A stretch of 63,526 bases of DNA, taken from IMG/VR virus record IMGVR_UViG_3300024182_000007, positions 1-63,526 of that record; one strand, given 5' to 3'. This stretch comes from a virus (Duplodnaviria; Caudoviricetes). Of this stretch, positions 9,494-18,528 are shown piece after piece (position 1 is the first letter of the stretch; every line of letters begins with the position of its first letter). The position numbers and the translations under genes are program-made. The notes beneath the pieces were generated by a model, which was not told where the DNA came from, did no database searches, and saw only the letters and a program-made list of their open reading frames with translations.

Positions 9494-9846
9494 TCGACTT
9501 CCCCTCTCAGAATGGCCGCCGTCAACAGCGCAATCTGATCCTCCGTTAACGTATTACTGTTCAATAGTGCGGTGAAATGCTCTCTTCTAGCGCACTGCGG
9601 GGTAAGCTGTCCGAGGTTCTGCGTCCGCGCGGGCAACTCGACCGTCGGGATTTTAGCGGACGGCGTTCTCTCCGGGCGCTTTACCGGCTGAACCAGTTTC
9701 CATGCATCCGGCCAGCGTACGACTTCATAAAGCGATATCTCGTTCGGCCTCCCCCCCACTCCCCCTTTTCCGAGTAGATAGATGCCCGTCCCGACGGCAC
9801 GCGGCATCTCCCGTTCTATCGGCGCGCGCGGCCTATAACGGTTCAT
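9490..9846 (-). CDS. hypothetical early protein
   Basis: ORF track; ATGA overlaps. Confidence 0.7.
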   Translation of the reverse strand: MNRYRPRAPIEREMPRAVGTGIYLLGKGGVGGRPNEISLYEVVRWPDAWKLVQPVKRPERTPSAKIPTVELPARTQNLGQLTPQCARREHFTALLNSNTLTEDQIALLTAAILRGEVE

Positions 9847-10271
9847 AGTGCGCCCGCCGTCAGCCTACACGCCACTAATAGTGCGATCTGCTCATCCGTC
9901 AGAGTCCCCGATCTCATCAACTCCGTGAAATCGTCCTCTTTCATCTGCCGCCGCAGCCGCCGCATAGTGCCGTCGATGCCGTTCTGAATGAACTCCCGCG
10001 CTTTATCCGGCGCGCTCAAACGGCCATTAACGTATTTCTCAGCGATCTCAACGGCCTCCTTCCGCGTCTTCCCCGTCCTGCATACGACCGGCGTACCGCA
10101 TAGGATATGAGAGACGACCCACCCGTGACCGCTGAACCCTTCCAATTCGCCTGTCTTATGCAGGCAGAACCCTTCCACTCCCATAAACGCGATTGGATAG
10201 CAGGGGAGGACGGGCTTTTTCTCGTTCGATCTAAGCCAGATAGTGCTCTTTTTCCGCCGTTCGTTCGTCAT
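9843..10271 (-). CDS. hypothetical early protein
   Basis: ORF track; shares a C-terminal motif with 9490-9846. Confidence 0.7.
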   Translation of the reverse strand: MTNERRKKSTIWLRSNEKKPVLPCYPIAFMGVEGFCLHKTGELEGFSGHGWVVSHILCGTPVVCRTGKTRKEAVEIAEKYVNGRLSAPDKAREFIQNGIDGTMRRLRRQMKEDDFTELMRSGTLTDEQIALLVACRLTAGAL

Positions 10272-10280
10272 AGTGCGGCC

Positions 10281-10634
10281 TCATCCTTTCGTCTCAATAG
10301 TGCGTATCACCTTATCGTTATCGCCCAACAACCAGCTACTAGACTGAGAGTTGCGCCTGAGCATGAGCATGAAAGAGGGCTTCCATCCGCCTGTAATCGA
10401 AACCGTCCCGCGTTTTCGCTCGTGTTCGCTTCCATCGGCACCGCAAAAAGCCACTTCGATCCTCGATTGCGACTGAAAGTATAGAATGAACTGCGGCGCC
10501 AGATTACCGCCGTCTACTTTCCCATGCTGGTTGCGCTTCCGATTCAATTCGTAGTAGAGCCGCTCTCCCATCGCGCGGAAAGCGGCTTTTTCCAGTGGCG
10601 TCCATCCGTTTGTCATTTGATCGAAAGCGTTCAT
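10281..10634 (-). CDS. hypothetical early protein
   Basis: ORF track; ATGA overlap with the VWA gene. Confidence 0.7.
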   Translation of the reverse strand: MNAFDQMTNGWTPLEKAAFRAMGERLYYELNRKRNQHGKVDGGNLAPQFILYFQSQSRIEVAFCGADGSEHERKRGTVSITGGWKPSFMLMLRRNSQSSSWLLGDNDKVIRTIETKG

Positions 10635-11863
10635 TCACTCATCCTCACAATTTCCCCGAACTCTACCCCTCTGTTAGCCCATTCTGGCGCTACCCACAAC
10701 ACCGGATAATCCGGCGCCGACGGCCGATCTCCACACTCTAGATCTGTCAGATAGATGAGGGCTTTAGGCTGTATTTCCTTCTCCTCAACCCAGTCAAAAA
10801 CCGGCTGGAAGTTCGTTCCGCCGCCGCCTTTCGCCTTGAGTATCAACTCATCCCCTGGCAGAAACTCATCTGTCTTTTGTACGCGCGCGTCGCAATAGAC
10901 CACGTGTATTTTCTCCGGCTTCGCTTCATCGGCTATAGCCTGAATCTCCGTATTGAAAGAAGCCAGCATAGGACCGTCGATACTCCCACTTGTGTCTACA
11001 GCTAGGACCAGCTCTCCCGTATTCTCCTTGACCATACCTGGCAAATATAAACCGGTTGCCACGTATCGCCTATTCGGATGGCTCCAGCTGTAATCGGACG
11101 GAATCGTAGCGGCTACGAACTCTCGGAGGATCTGTTTCCAATCTTGCGGAGACTGGCGCCCGTTCCGCATCTGTCTATCTGCCTCACCGGGCATCTTTCC
11201 AGCCTTACGCGCAGCCATAGCAGCTTGCTCGGCCGCTATCTTCCAATCTTGCTCAGTCGGAATGTCCCCAGAACCGTCTCCAGGATCGTTTTCCTGCCCC
11301 TTTTCCTGCCCGTGCTGGGGTTTTGGACCGCCGGACGACCCTTTACCGCCTGAATCCTTAGAATCGGCCTTAGGGGCATCCTCAAATGTGCCAGTAGGGC
11401 AGGGCTTCCCTTTACCCTGCCCCTGCCCCTGCCCTTTGCCTTGTTTCGGCTGCGGATTCCCTTGAGACTTCCGTTTGGCGTATATCTGCTCTGCTGACAT
11501 CCCCTTATACTGGGCGTCGATAAGGGCTCCTTGCGGAAGAGTCAAACCAGCATCTACTAATAACTGGTTAATGGCGTAATCGCAGGCTACGTTCCACTCG
11601 TATGCGTCTCTGGTTCCGCGTCTGAACACGTGCAGTAAGGCGCAGTGTTCTACCTCATGAGCGTACACTCCTATCAGCTCAGGATCGGAGAGGGTTTCGA
11701 CGAATGGACCATGATAGATAAGATCACGCCCGTTGGTGCACATCGTGGGAGGATTGATAGTATCGTCTCTCGTGGCGTTAAGTCTCATGGCCAACGTCCC
11801 AAAGAACGGATGTTCTAGGAGAAGACGTGTACGCGCTCGCCTCATTCTCAATTCAGGCGTCAT
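10631..11863 (-). CDS. metallopeptidase-like (DUF2201-type) + VWA domain protein
   Basis: HEVEH zinc motif, WNVACDYAIN, low-complexity linker, VDTSGS MIDAS, GGGGTNF, YLTD. Confidence 0.9.
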   Translation of the reverse strand: MTPELRMRRARTRLLLEHPFFGTLAMRLNATRDDTINPPTMCTNGRDLIYHGPFVETLSDPELIGVYAHEVEHCALLHVFRRGTRDAYEWNVACDYAINQLLVDAGLTLPQGALIDAQYKGMSAEQIYAKRKSQGNPQPKQGKGQGQGQGKGKPCPTGTFEDAPKADSKDSGGKGSSGGPKPQHGQEKGQENDPGDGSGDIPTEQDWKIAAEQAAMAARKAGKMPGEADRQMRNGRQSPQDWKQILREFVAATIPSDYSWSHPNRRYVATGLYLPGMVKENTGELVLAVDTSGSIDGPMLASFNTEIQAIADEAKPEKIHVVYCDARVQKTDEFLPGDELILKAKGGGGTNFQPVFDWVEEKEIQPKALIYLTDLECGDRPSAPDYPVLWVAPEWANRGVEFGEIVRMSE

Positions 11864-12042
11864 CAGTACACCGCCAGTTCCGCGCCTAAGAGCGCAGATT
11901 CAACCGCCGCTTCCGTCAGATGTGTTTTGACGTGTACGAATTGCTCGAAGCCTATCGCCATCTGTAACGCGAGCGCTCTTTCGCCCGCGTCATTCACGCT
12001 ATCGGCTTCCAATTCCGTTACAGTAATTACCAGGTAAGTCAT
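11863..12042 (-). CDS. 59-aa hypothetical protein
   Basis: Hand translation MTYLVITVTELEADSV...LAVY; fills the gap with one-base overlaps. Confidence 0.55.
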   Translation of the reverse strand: MTYLVITVTELEADSVNDAGERALALQMAIGFEQFVHVKTHLTEAAVESALLGAELAVY

Positions 12043-12923
12043 TAGATGTAATCCTCCATCGCCTTCATAATCCTTTCGGCATCCTCAGCAACTCTCATCC
12101 TCGCGGTATCCTGCTCTCTCAACTCTTCCGCGTCGTAGCTAGTCAGGTTCCGGCGCATATCGGCCGCTATCCGGTCCAGCTCCTTATCTCTAGTGATGTT
12201 GAGACTCGGGAGGATGTCCAACAGTTCAGTGATATTCGTTACCAGGGAGTCTCTGAAAGCCCCTTGCGTCCCGTTCTCCGTTCTGCTGAAGGACTTAAGG
12301 CGTTCGCTCATTTTCTGCGTCACGTCATAACACCTTTTCCATACGTCTCTCATAGCCGAATCAATGACCGCTTGGGTCTGCTCCTGCATTTCCTCCCTGA
12401 TTCGGCGGGTTTCATCGTCCCCTAGAGAGACTCGGAAGTCTGAAGCATCCGGTAACGGCTGTATCAGCGTCGTAAATTCAAACTTACGCGCGATTTGGGA
12501 AGCTGAGGGATAATCGGCCGCGTTGTACAGTCCGTTAAGCTTCCCTTGAGCATCCACTACGTATCTTGGGTAAGCCTGTAGAAAGTGGTTCAACGCGCTA
12601 TCGAACTCCGCCTTGAAGTCAGCTATCTTAGCGGAGTAGTCGAAGTAGCCAGCAGACGACAGAATGCGGTAACCGTCGTCTCTCCAGGGCAAGGTTCTAA
12701 AATAGTGTTCAGTCCTGGCAGCTCCGGCTATCTTCTTTAACTTCTCCAAGGCGTCCTTCGCAACGAGGGACTTGTTATAACGTCCCATCGTGATGTCGGA
12801 GTTGTGGTTGTCTGAGACTTCTTTATCTACTCGTTTATCGTTTTTCTGCGCGGACCACTGGCGGATATTCAGGGATATCAGCATAGCCCGATCGGTGAGC
12901 GAATGCGTTTGTGTGGCGATCAT
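12042..12923 (-). CDS. DUF3150-like helical protein
   Basis: W..K.D N-terminus, TLPW, YPS...KF motif; usual neighbour of MoxR-VWA genes. Confidence 0.7.
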   Translation of the reverse strand: MIATQTHSLTDRAMLISLNIRQWSAQKNDKRVDKEVSDNHNSDITMGRYNKSLVAKDALEKLKKIAGAARTEHYFRTLPWRDDGYRILSSAGYFDYSAKIADFKAEFDSALNHFLQAYPRYVVDAQGKLNGLYNAADYPSASQIARKFEFTTLIQPLPDASDFRVSLGDDETRRIREEMQEQTQAVIDSAMRDVWKRCYDVTQKMSERLKSFSRTENGTQGAFRDSLVTNITELLDILPSLNITRDKELDRIAADMRRNLTSYDAEELREQDTARMRVAEDAERIMKAMEDYI

Positions 12924-12956
12924 AAGTCAATCCTCTTTCCGCCTGAAAAGCAGCGG

Positions 12957-13022
12957 TATATACGCGCGCGCGTATCTATATATAAAGACTCACCCTTAGA
13001 TATAGACGCGCGCGTGCGTATA
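12957..13022. repeat. imperfect inverted repeat built of alternating purine-pyrimidine tracts
   Basis: TATACGCGCGCGCGTATCTATA ... TATAGACGCGCGCGTGCGTATA. Confidence 0.8.
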
Positions 13023-13032
13023 AATCGGCGCT

Positions 13033-14016
13033 CTAGAAGATGACCTCCTGATGAGCAATGGCCCATTTCGTAAACTCTTTCGTGGTCTGTAAGCTGGAAT
13101 CCCGAGTAATGGCGTCTTTCATCGCGTACACTCCATATTCCTCTTCCATCCGAGCCATATACTTATGTACGCGGCCGATAGTCTTATCGGTCGTCCGTCT
13201 TGCTAAAGCGGCCGATACAGCGAAACAGGCGGAAGGTTCGCTCTTTTTGGGCACTGGAGCGGTGTCGGGATTCAGGAGAATCGCGTCGATACTCGGGAGC
13301 TGAGAGTACATCCGGGCATAGGCGCAATATTCGACGGCCGGACCATCGCCTATCGCCCCCGCGTATAACTCCTGTTGCAGATCGATTGCAGGCTTTAGCG
13401 CCGTTATTCGACTAATGAACTCCCACGTCCGCGGACATGGAAACGCGCGCTGACTCTTGTCATACGCATGTAGCAGGTGAGGGAAGGAGCGGAGAAAGGC
13501 TATCACCATAGGCTGTATATCGTTCTGAACGGCCCATCGGCTCCAATCCTCCAAATCCACCTCGGCAGTCAGGTGTTGGAATCTGGATCTAAGCGCGGAA
13601 TCCATTCTGTTGACTCCGACGCCTTCATCGTTACCGGCCGCTAATACAACCCATCTCTCCGGTAGAATGTATTCTCCTATCCGCCGATCTAAAACCAGCT
13701 GTAAGCAGGCGTTCTGGACTAGCTGAGGAGCGCGATTCAATTCATCCAGAAAGAGAACTCCTTTAGTCTTGGGGTCATGCGGAAGGAACTCCGGCGTACA
13801 CCAGTGAGCCCTTCCATCGCCGTTCACATGCGGAAGACCGCGCAAGTCCACTGGATCTAATAAGACGGCGCGTATGTCGATCAGATCCAGTCCCAGCCGG
13901 TTAGCGGTCTGCGCTACTACCTGAGACTTGCCGATCCCCGGAGGCCCCCATATAAAACACGGCTGTTTCGCGCTAATCAATAGCTCTAGCGCTGAGGTGA
14001 GCTGACTGGGTTTCAT
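13033..14016 (-). CDS. MoxR-like AAA+ ATPase
   Basis: GPPGIGKS, LFLDELNRA, AAGN, ALRSRF, CPRTW. Confidence 0.92.
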   Translation of the reverse strand: MKPSQLTSALELLISAKQPCFIWGPPGIGKSQVVAQTANRLGLDLIDIRAVLLDPVDLRGLPHVNGDGRAHWCTPEFLPHDPKTKGVLFLDELNRAPQLVQNACLQLVLDRRIGEYILPERWVVLAAGNDEGVGVNRMDSALRSRFQHLTAEVDLEDWSRWAVQNDIQPMVIAFLRSFPHLLHAYDKSQRAFPCPRTWEFISRITALKPAIDLQQELYAGAIGDGPAVEYCAYARMYSQLPSIDAILLNPDTAPVPKKSEPSACFAVSAALARRTTDKTIGRVHKYMARMEEEYGVYAMKDAITRDSSLQTTKEFTKWAIAHQEVIF

Positions 14017-14165
14017 CGCGTGGCCTCCGTTTTCGGCTTCCGACGGCGCCACGGTGGAACTTCATTACCCTTTGGATACTTATTAGCGTTAGGGCATCCG
14101 CGCTCGTGACACGGTACACCGTTGATAGCCAATATCTGGCATTGGCTACAGTAAAGCTGTCTCAT
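14013..14165 (-). CDS. 50-aa Cys/His metal-binding protein
   Basis: Hand translation MRQLYCSQCQILAINGVPCHERGCP...; strong SD; ATGA overlap with the AAA gene. Confidence 0.7.
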   Translation of the reverse strand: MRQLYCSQCQILAINGVPCHERGCPNANKYPKGNEVPPWRRRKPKTEATR

Positions 14166-14169
14166 CTCT

Positions 14170-14421
14170 TCACCTCATCCTTTCGTCTGTATTCGTCTCT
14201 TGTACGTCGATCCCCAACATCCGCGCGTCTTCCACAAATACGCTACACCCTTCCTTCTTCCTCTCAGCGATCCACGCCAGCAGCTCCTCATCCGATCTGT
14301 CACTGGGAATCGTCTCGAATCGCCCATCGGCCGCGCGCGCCACTACTAAAGTATGCGGACTGCCGAATTGCTCCAGCGCCCTTCTCTGCTGTCTTCTCTT
14401 GCCCTGATAATGTCTAGTCAT
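14170..14421 (-). CDS. hypothetical early protein
   Basis: GAGGTG SD; ORF track. Confidence 0.7.
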   Translation of the reverse strand: MTRHYQGKRRQQRRALEQFGSPHTLVVARAADGRFETIPSDRSDEELLAWIAERKKEGCSVFVEDARMLGIDVQETNTDERMR

Positions 14422-14642
14422 CTCTTCACCTCTAGAGTCTCTAAGGACGCGCTATGGTAAACGCGCGCCATCTCTATCCATTGCTCTCCGGCGCCGTAGA
14501 TCGGCTCCACTAGCAGGCGCACTCTGCCGTAACTGTTCTTAACATCGCGCACCATGCAGGCGATGCGCACTTGCTCAAATTCGACAAGCACGCGCGCACC
14601 TATCGCTGGAAGCATCTCTTTACACGTTTGCGTCTGTTGCAT
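14418..14642 (-). CDS. hypothetical early protein (first gene of the operon)
   Basis: GAGGTG SD; promoter upstream. Confidence 0.7.
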   Translation of the reverse strand: MQQTQTCKEMLPAIGARVLVEFEQVRIACMVRDVKNSYGRVRLLVEPIYGAGEQWIEMARVYHSASLETLEVKR

Positions 14643-14659
14643 CTCTTCACCTCTCCTCT

Positions 14660-14688
14660 ATCCTAAACATAACCGTGAAGGAATGCAA
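14660..14688 (-). promoter_or_regulatory. sigma70-like early promoter (TTGCAT-17-TAGGAT) with TCACGGT
   Basis: Motifs read directly. Confidence 0.55.
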
Positions 14689-14689
14689 T

Positions 14690-15654
14690 AATAAATGCAT
14701 ACCACAAGTCAATAATGTGTCTAATAGCCGGTTATACGTTGATTCTTAACACTGGTTAAGATGGTAAGGTTAACTATAGTTAAGATGAGGGGTAGGGGGG
14801 GAGAACTGATGAAGGGCGCCGGTAGAGGATATTCAGGTATTAAGATATTAAGACCTTAAGGTCCGAATATCCGAAACTTGACCTATACGTATAGCGCTAG
14901 TGCCTAGTGCCTGTCAAGTGCCGATCCTCCCTCATAACGCCTATTGAATGCCTCTAGCGTGTGCTCTATCGCCTGACTTGCGATAATACCTCTTATCACC
15001 AGCATCTCATTGATTGCACTATATATACTCGCTGGTACTAGTCGTCATTCCGCAAGCGGAATGACTCCCAGTCCAGCTCGCCGAGGGGCTAGTCCCAGAC
15101 GCCAGAGCGACCGTAGATCCTAGGGCCTTCGATTGTCCGGGGGCGGGCAAGCTGGACCTGCTCCTTGACCCGGAATGTATAAAACTTTTCAGTTTTCAGC
15201 CTGTGGAAATCCTGTGGAAAACGTGGTCTTCTTTCCCCCTTCTTCTGAATTCTCAGGCCGAGATATTTAATATGTCATTTTAATCTGGTCATGGTCTTTT
15301 TTCCGCTGTTTTCGGACATTCTAGATGCTGGTTCTAGTACCTTCTTTTTTCGCCGTTCGTTCGCCCTTATATGTGTCTCATGTCTGTGTAAACTCGGAGG
15401 GCGCAAGCGCCCTCCTTCGTTTCCACGACATTCGACCGCGCGCCCCTCTCCTTCTCCCGCGTTTGCGTACGCTCGTGCGGGAGAGTGCGCGTCGTTCGAT
15501 GGCTTGCGATTGGCGCGAGGCCGCTTGCGGCCTGCGTCGATGAGCAAACATCGAACACATATGCAGTGGCAAGACGAGAGGGGGCGCCGAAAACGGCCGA
15601 TCGTATGCAGCCGATCGTATGCAGCCGGTTAATGTGTGCTAGACTTCACTTGAT
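14690..15654. other. ~1-kb non-coding divergence region; candidate origin or genome terminus
   Basis: No convincing ORF. TTAAG repeats, hairpin GTCATTCCGC-AA-GCGGAATGAC, two DnaA-box-like 9-mers at 15202-15221, 14-bp tandem repeat at 15596-15627. Confidence 0.55.
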
Positions 15655-16014
15655 ATGAGCGTCGAATCCGTCCAAGCCTATACGGGCGTCACCATCACGC
15701 TGACGACTCACGACACCCGCTATAATCTGCTGACTCTCCTCCGGCTGGTGTCGGCGGACGTCCCTCCAACCTGCCGCGAACTCAATATTCAGTTCGATCC
15801 CGTGCAGGCCGGTGCAGCAGGCTCTCTATTGATCGGCGACGGCCAATGCTCGGACGTGGCGATGGGCGGCCAGCGCTGCTCCCTCATCCTCCTCCCCGGC
15901 CAATCGAATCATTACGGCGCCGGGGCGGACGTCCGCCAGGTCTACATCAACAACATCTTTCTCGTCTCGGATACGATGGACGGCATGCTCGTCAACGTCG
16001 AAGTTCAGAACTAG
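15655..16014 (+). CDS. hypothetical, possibly virion-associated protein
   Basis: ORF track; first gene of the fibre cluster. Confidence 0.6.
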   Translation: MSVESVQAYTGVTITLTTHDTRYNLLTLLRLVSADVPPTCRELNIQFDPVQAGAAGSLLIGDGQCSDVAMGGQRCSLILLPGQSNHYGAGADVRQVYINNIFLVSDTMDGMLVNVEVQN

Positions 16015-16035
16015 CCCGAAAACAGGCCCTTTCTT

Positions 16036-18528
16036 ATGTCCCCTACACTTCGTTTAATCCTCCGCGTAGCGTCTACGTGGCGATATCTTCTTTTCATATT
16101 CATCGTCTGTCCGCATACTTCAATGTATGGCCAGCCGACGTCGGATACGGCGCGCCATATCATCTGGGGGCCTTCTCTCCCCGCGTCATGCCGACCTTCG
16201 ACCGGCGACGTCTTTTTTAAGACTTCCGCCACGGCCGGCCCCTATTACTGCTCCGCGCCGAATACGTGGCTTCCCATCGGAACTGGAGTCGGCGGGTCGG
16301 TGACGAGCGTCGGCTCGGGCTGTGGGATGTCCGGCGGGCCGATAACGACGAGCGGGACTCTCAAGGCGTCCGAACTGGTGCAGATCGTCACTGGAACTCC
16401 CTACAACGTATTGTCGTCGGACTGCGGCAAACTCTTATATCTGAGCAACGCGACAGCTTTAGCAGTATCCATCCCTCAAGCAGGCGGGACATTCCCTAAC
16501 GGCTGGTACGTCGATATCCAGAATCCCGGACCTGGGACGATGACCATAACCCCTACTGTCAGCACGATCGACGGCGCCGCTAATCTGGTTGTCGGCGTCA
16601 ATCAGGGAGTCCGCATAGTCTCAGATGGAGTCAATTACGAGACTCAGAGAGGGGGCGCCGGGTCGTCCGCCGCAAACTCCAGATGCACGTTCACCGCCGC
16701 CTCCACCTGCTCCATCACCGGCCTGACGGGAGTGGCCAATCAAGCCGTCGTCTCCTGCTACGACAATTCCGGGACCTTGACGGAGATCATTCCCAACGAT
16801 TTCGGCGGGACGACCGCCGACACTTTAGTAGTGAATTTCAGCGCGCCGCAGACGGGATATTGCAACGCGAGCACGGGAGTGGGGGCGACGGGCGCAACGG
16901 GCGCCGCAGGGCCTGCGGGTTCTCCCGCCGCGCCAGTCAATAGCGTCCAGATCGACAATGCGGGCGCATTCGGCCCGGCGGCCGTCAACTCCAGCGTCGG
17001 CGTGTTCTGGGATACTGGCTATCCCTCGGTTAACTTCCGCGCTGTAAGCCAACTGTGGACCCTCGAAACCCCAACCGGAGGATTGACGGCCGCCCTGGCA
17101 GGCGCAGGCGCGGGCAATGTCCCTAACGGGGATAGTCTGTATGCGGTCGTCTGCCGCACTACCGTAGGGTTGAGCGACCCGGCAAAGGCTGGCGTCACCG
17201 TGGTCGATCACACTACAAATGGCAAGGTCACCTTGACTCTGCCAACTTGCGACACCGGATCGAGTCAGGGCAAGCGGATTTACCGTACCAAGATCGCCAC
17301 GCCGACAATCTATTACATCCTTGCCAATGTGGCGGTAGGCGCGACAACCTACACCGATAACACAGCCGACTCTGGCCTCGGAGCGCAGTCCTTATTTGAC
17401 TGGTCGCTCAGCGTTCCGATCAACACGAGCTCGGCGATCGTGGAAAACAGCACGGGGATCGATGTCGCGCAGCCTACGAATCTCGGATTCTACATTCCCC
17501 CGGAAAGCGCGCTCATCATGGGCGGAACGGGATTCACTCCTCCCCCTGGATCGGGAGGCGCAATGGCATTGGCTCCCCATACGCCGGGGATCATCGATGG
17601 AGCGGTCGTCGGGGCGTCGGGCGTCAGCGGGAATTGCGCCAAATGGGACTCCACCTCCGGATTGGCGGACAGCGGCGGACCTTGCGGTGGGGCTTCTCCC
17701 GGTGGCGCTGACCTCACCCTTCAGTACCGGATCAACTCTACGACATTCGGAGGGATGAGCGGAACCAGTTGGGATGACACGGCAAGAACGTTTTTGTTGG
17801 TCGATGGGAGCAGTAATCCAATATTTGGATTCAGTGCTGATCCGGCTAATATTGCGCCATTCATCTCTCTAGCTTTTAATCCGAATGGAATTGGTCCCGC
17901 TTCAGTGTCGTCTGGTGATGGCACTGCTGTAAATGATATCACTCTTATTTCTTACAAGGGTGGCGCTACCACGGATGTGGCTGGCAATGGCGGTAATGGT
18001 GGCAATTTGAATTTAATCAGTGGTGGAGGCGCGAATGGAGGAGTTAGCGGGGGTAGCGGCGGCACATTTCAGTTACAAAGCGGTCCAGGTGGTAACGCCT
18101 CTGCTGATGGGGTATCCGCTGGCAATGGCGGGGGGTTTACTATAGCCGCAAGCAATGGCGGACAGGCGACGGGCGCAAATGCTTTCTCTGGAAATGGAGG
18201 AAATGTCAGCATATCGGGTGGTGTTGGCGGAAACGCGGCAGCCTCAATGGGAACCGGGGGAAATGGTGGAAATGTTTATCTGACACCCGGTGATCCTGGA
18301 TCGGGTACGCTCGCGCCGGGGCTCAATGGCAAGGTAATTGTCAATGGAGCCTTTGCCAGCGAACTTGGCTCCTGTACGGCTGCCACTCTTTCCACGATAC
18401 TCACCGCCAATACTGACGTCTGTATGTGTACCGACTGCCAACCGACCAGCGGCTCAGATGATACCTGCACCGGATCGGGAGGGATATGGCTCGCCTACAA
18501 AACGGCTTCTGCGGTGGTGTGCCGATGA
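16036..18528 (+). CDS. Gly/Thr-rich tail-fibre/adhesin-like protein with probable signal peptide
   Basis: Hydrophobic N-terminus, GSVTSV fibre motif, collagen-like GATGATGAAGPAG, GGNGG repeats, 18 Cys in the mature part. Confidence 0.75.
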   Translation: MSPTLRLILRVASTWRYLLFIFIVCPHTSMYGQPTSDTARHIIWGPSLPASCRPSTGDVFFKTSATAGPYYCSAPNTWLPIGTGVGGSVTSVGSGCGMSGGPITTSGTLKASELVQIVTGTPYNVLSSDCGKLLYLSNATALAVSIPQAGGTFPNGWYVDIQNPGPGTMTITPTVSTIDGAANLVVGVNQGVRIVSDGVNYETQRGGAGSSAANSRCTFTAASTCSITGLTGVANQAVVSCYDNSGTLTEIIPNDFGGTTADTLVVNFSAPQTGYCNASTGVGATGATGAAGPAGSPAAPVNSVQIDNAGAFGPAAVNSSVGVFWDTGYPSVNFRAVSQLWTLETPTGGLTAALAGAGAGNVPNGDSLYAVVCRTTVGLSDPAKAGVTVVDHTTNGKVTLTLPTCDTGSSQGKRIYRTKIATPTIYYILANVAVGATTYTDNTADSGLGAQSLFDWSLSVPINTSSAIVENSTGIDVAQPTNLGFYIPPESALIMGGTGFTPPPGSGGAMALAPHTPGIIDGAVVGASGVSGNCAKWDSTSGLADSGGPCGGASPGGADLTLQYRINSTTFGGMSGTSWDDTARTFLLVDGSSNPIFGFSADPANIAPFISLAFNPNGIGPASVSSGDGTAVNDITLISYKGGATTDVAGNGGNGGNLNLISGGGANGGVSGGSGGTFQLQSGPGGNASADGVSAGNGGGFTIAASNGGQATGANAFSGNGGNVSISGGVGGNAAASMGTGGNGGNVYLTPGDPGSGTLAPGLNGKVIVNGAFASELGSCTAATLSTILTANTDVCMCTDCQPTSGSDDTCTGSGGIWLAYKTASAVVCR

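Larger units (their letters stand above)
8299..10303 (+). repeat. cluster of 12 co-oriented ATAGTGC(G) heptamers
   Basis: Starts at 8299, 8349, 8769, 8888, 8924, 9564, 9845, 9878, 9964, 10240, 10270, 10297. Confidence 0.9.

Noticed and set aside
15275-15632. Several overlapping ORFs in the divergence region
   Set aside because: Arg/Ala-rich, mutually overlapping, no SD or motifs
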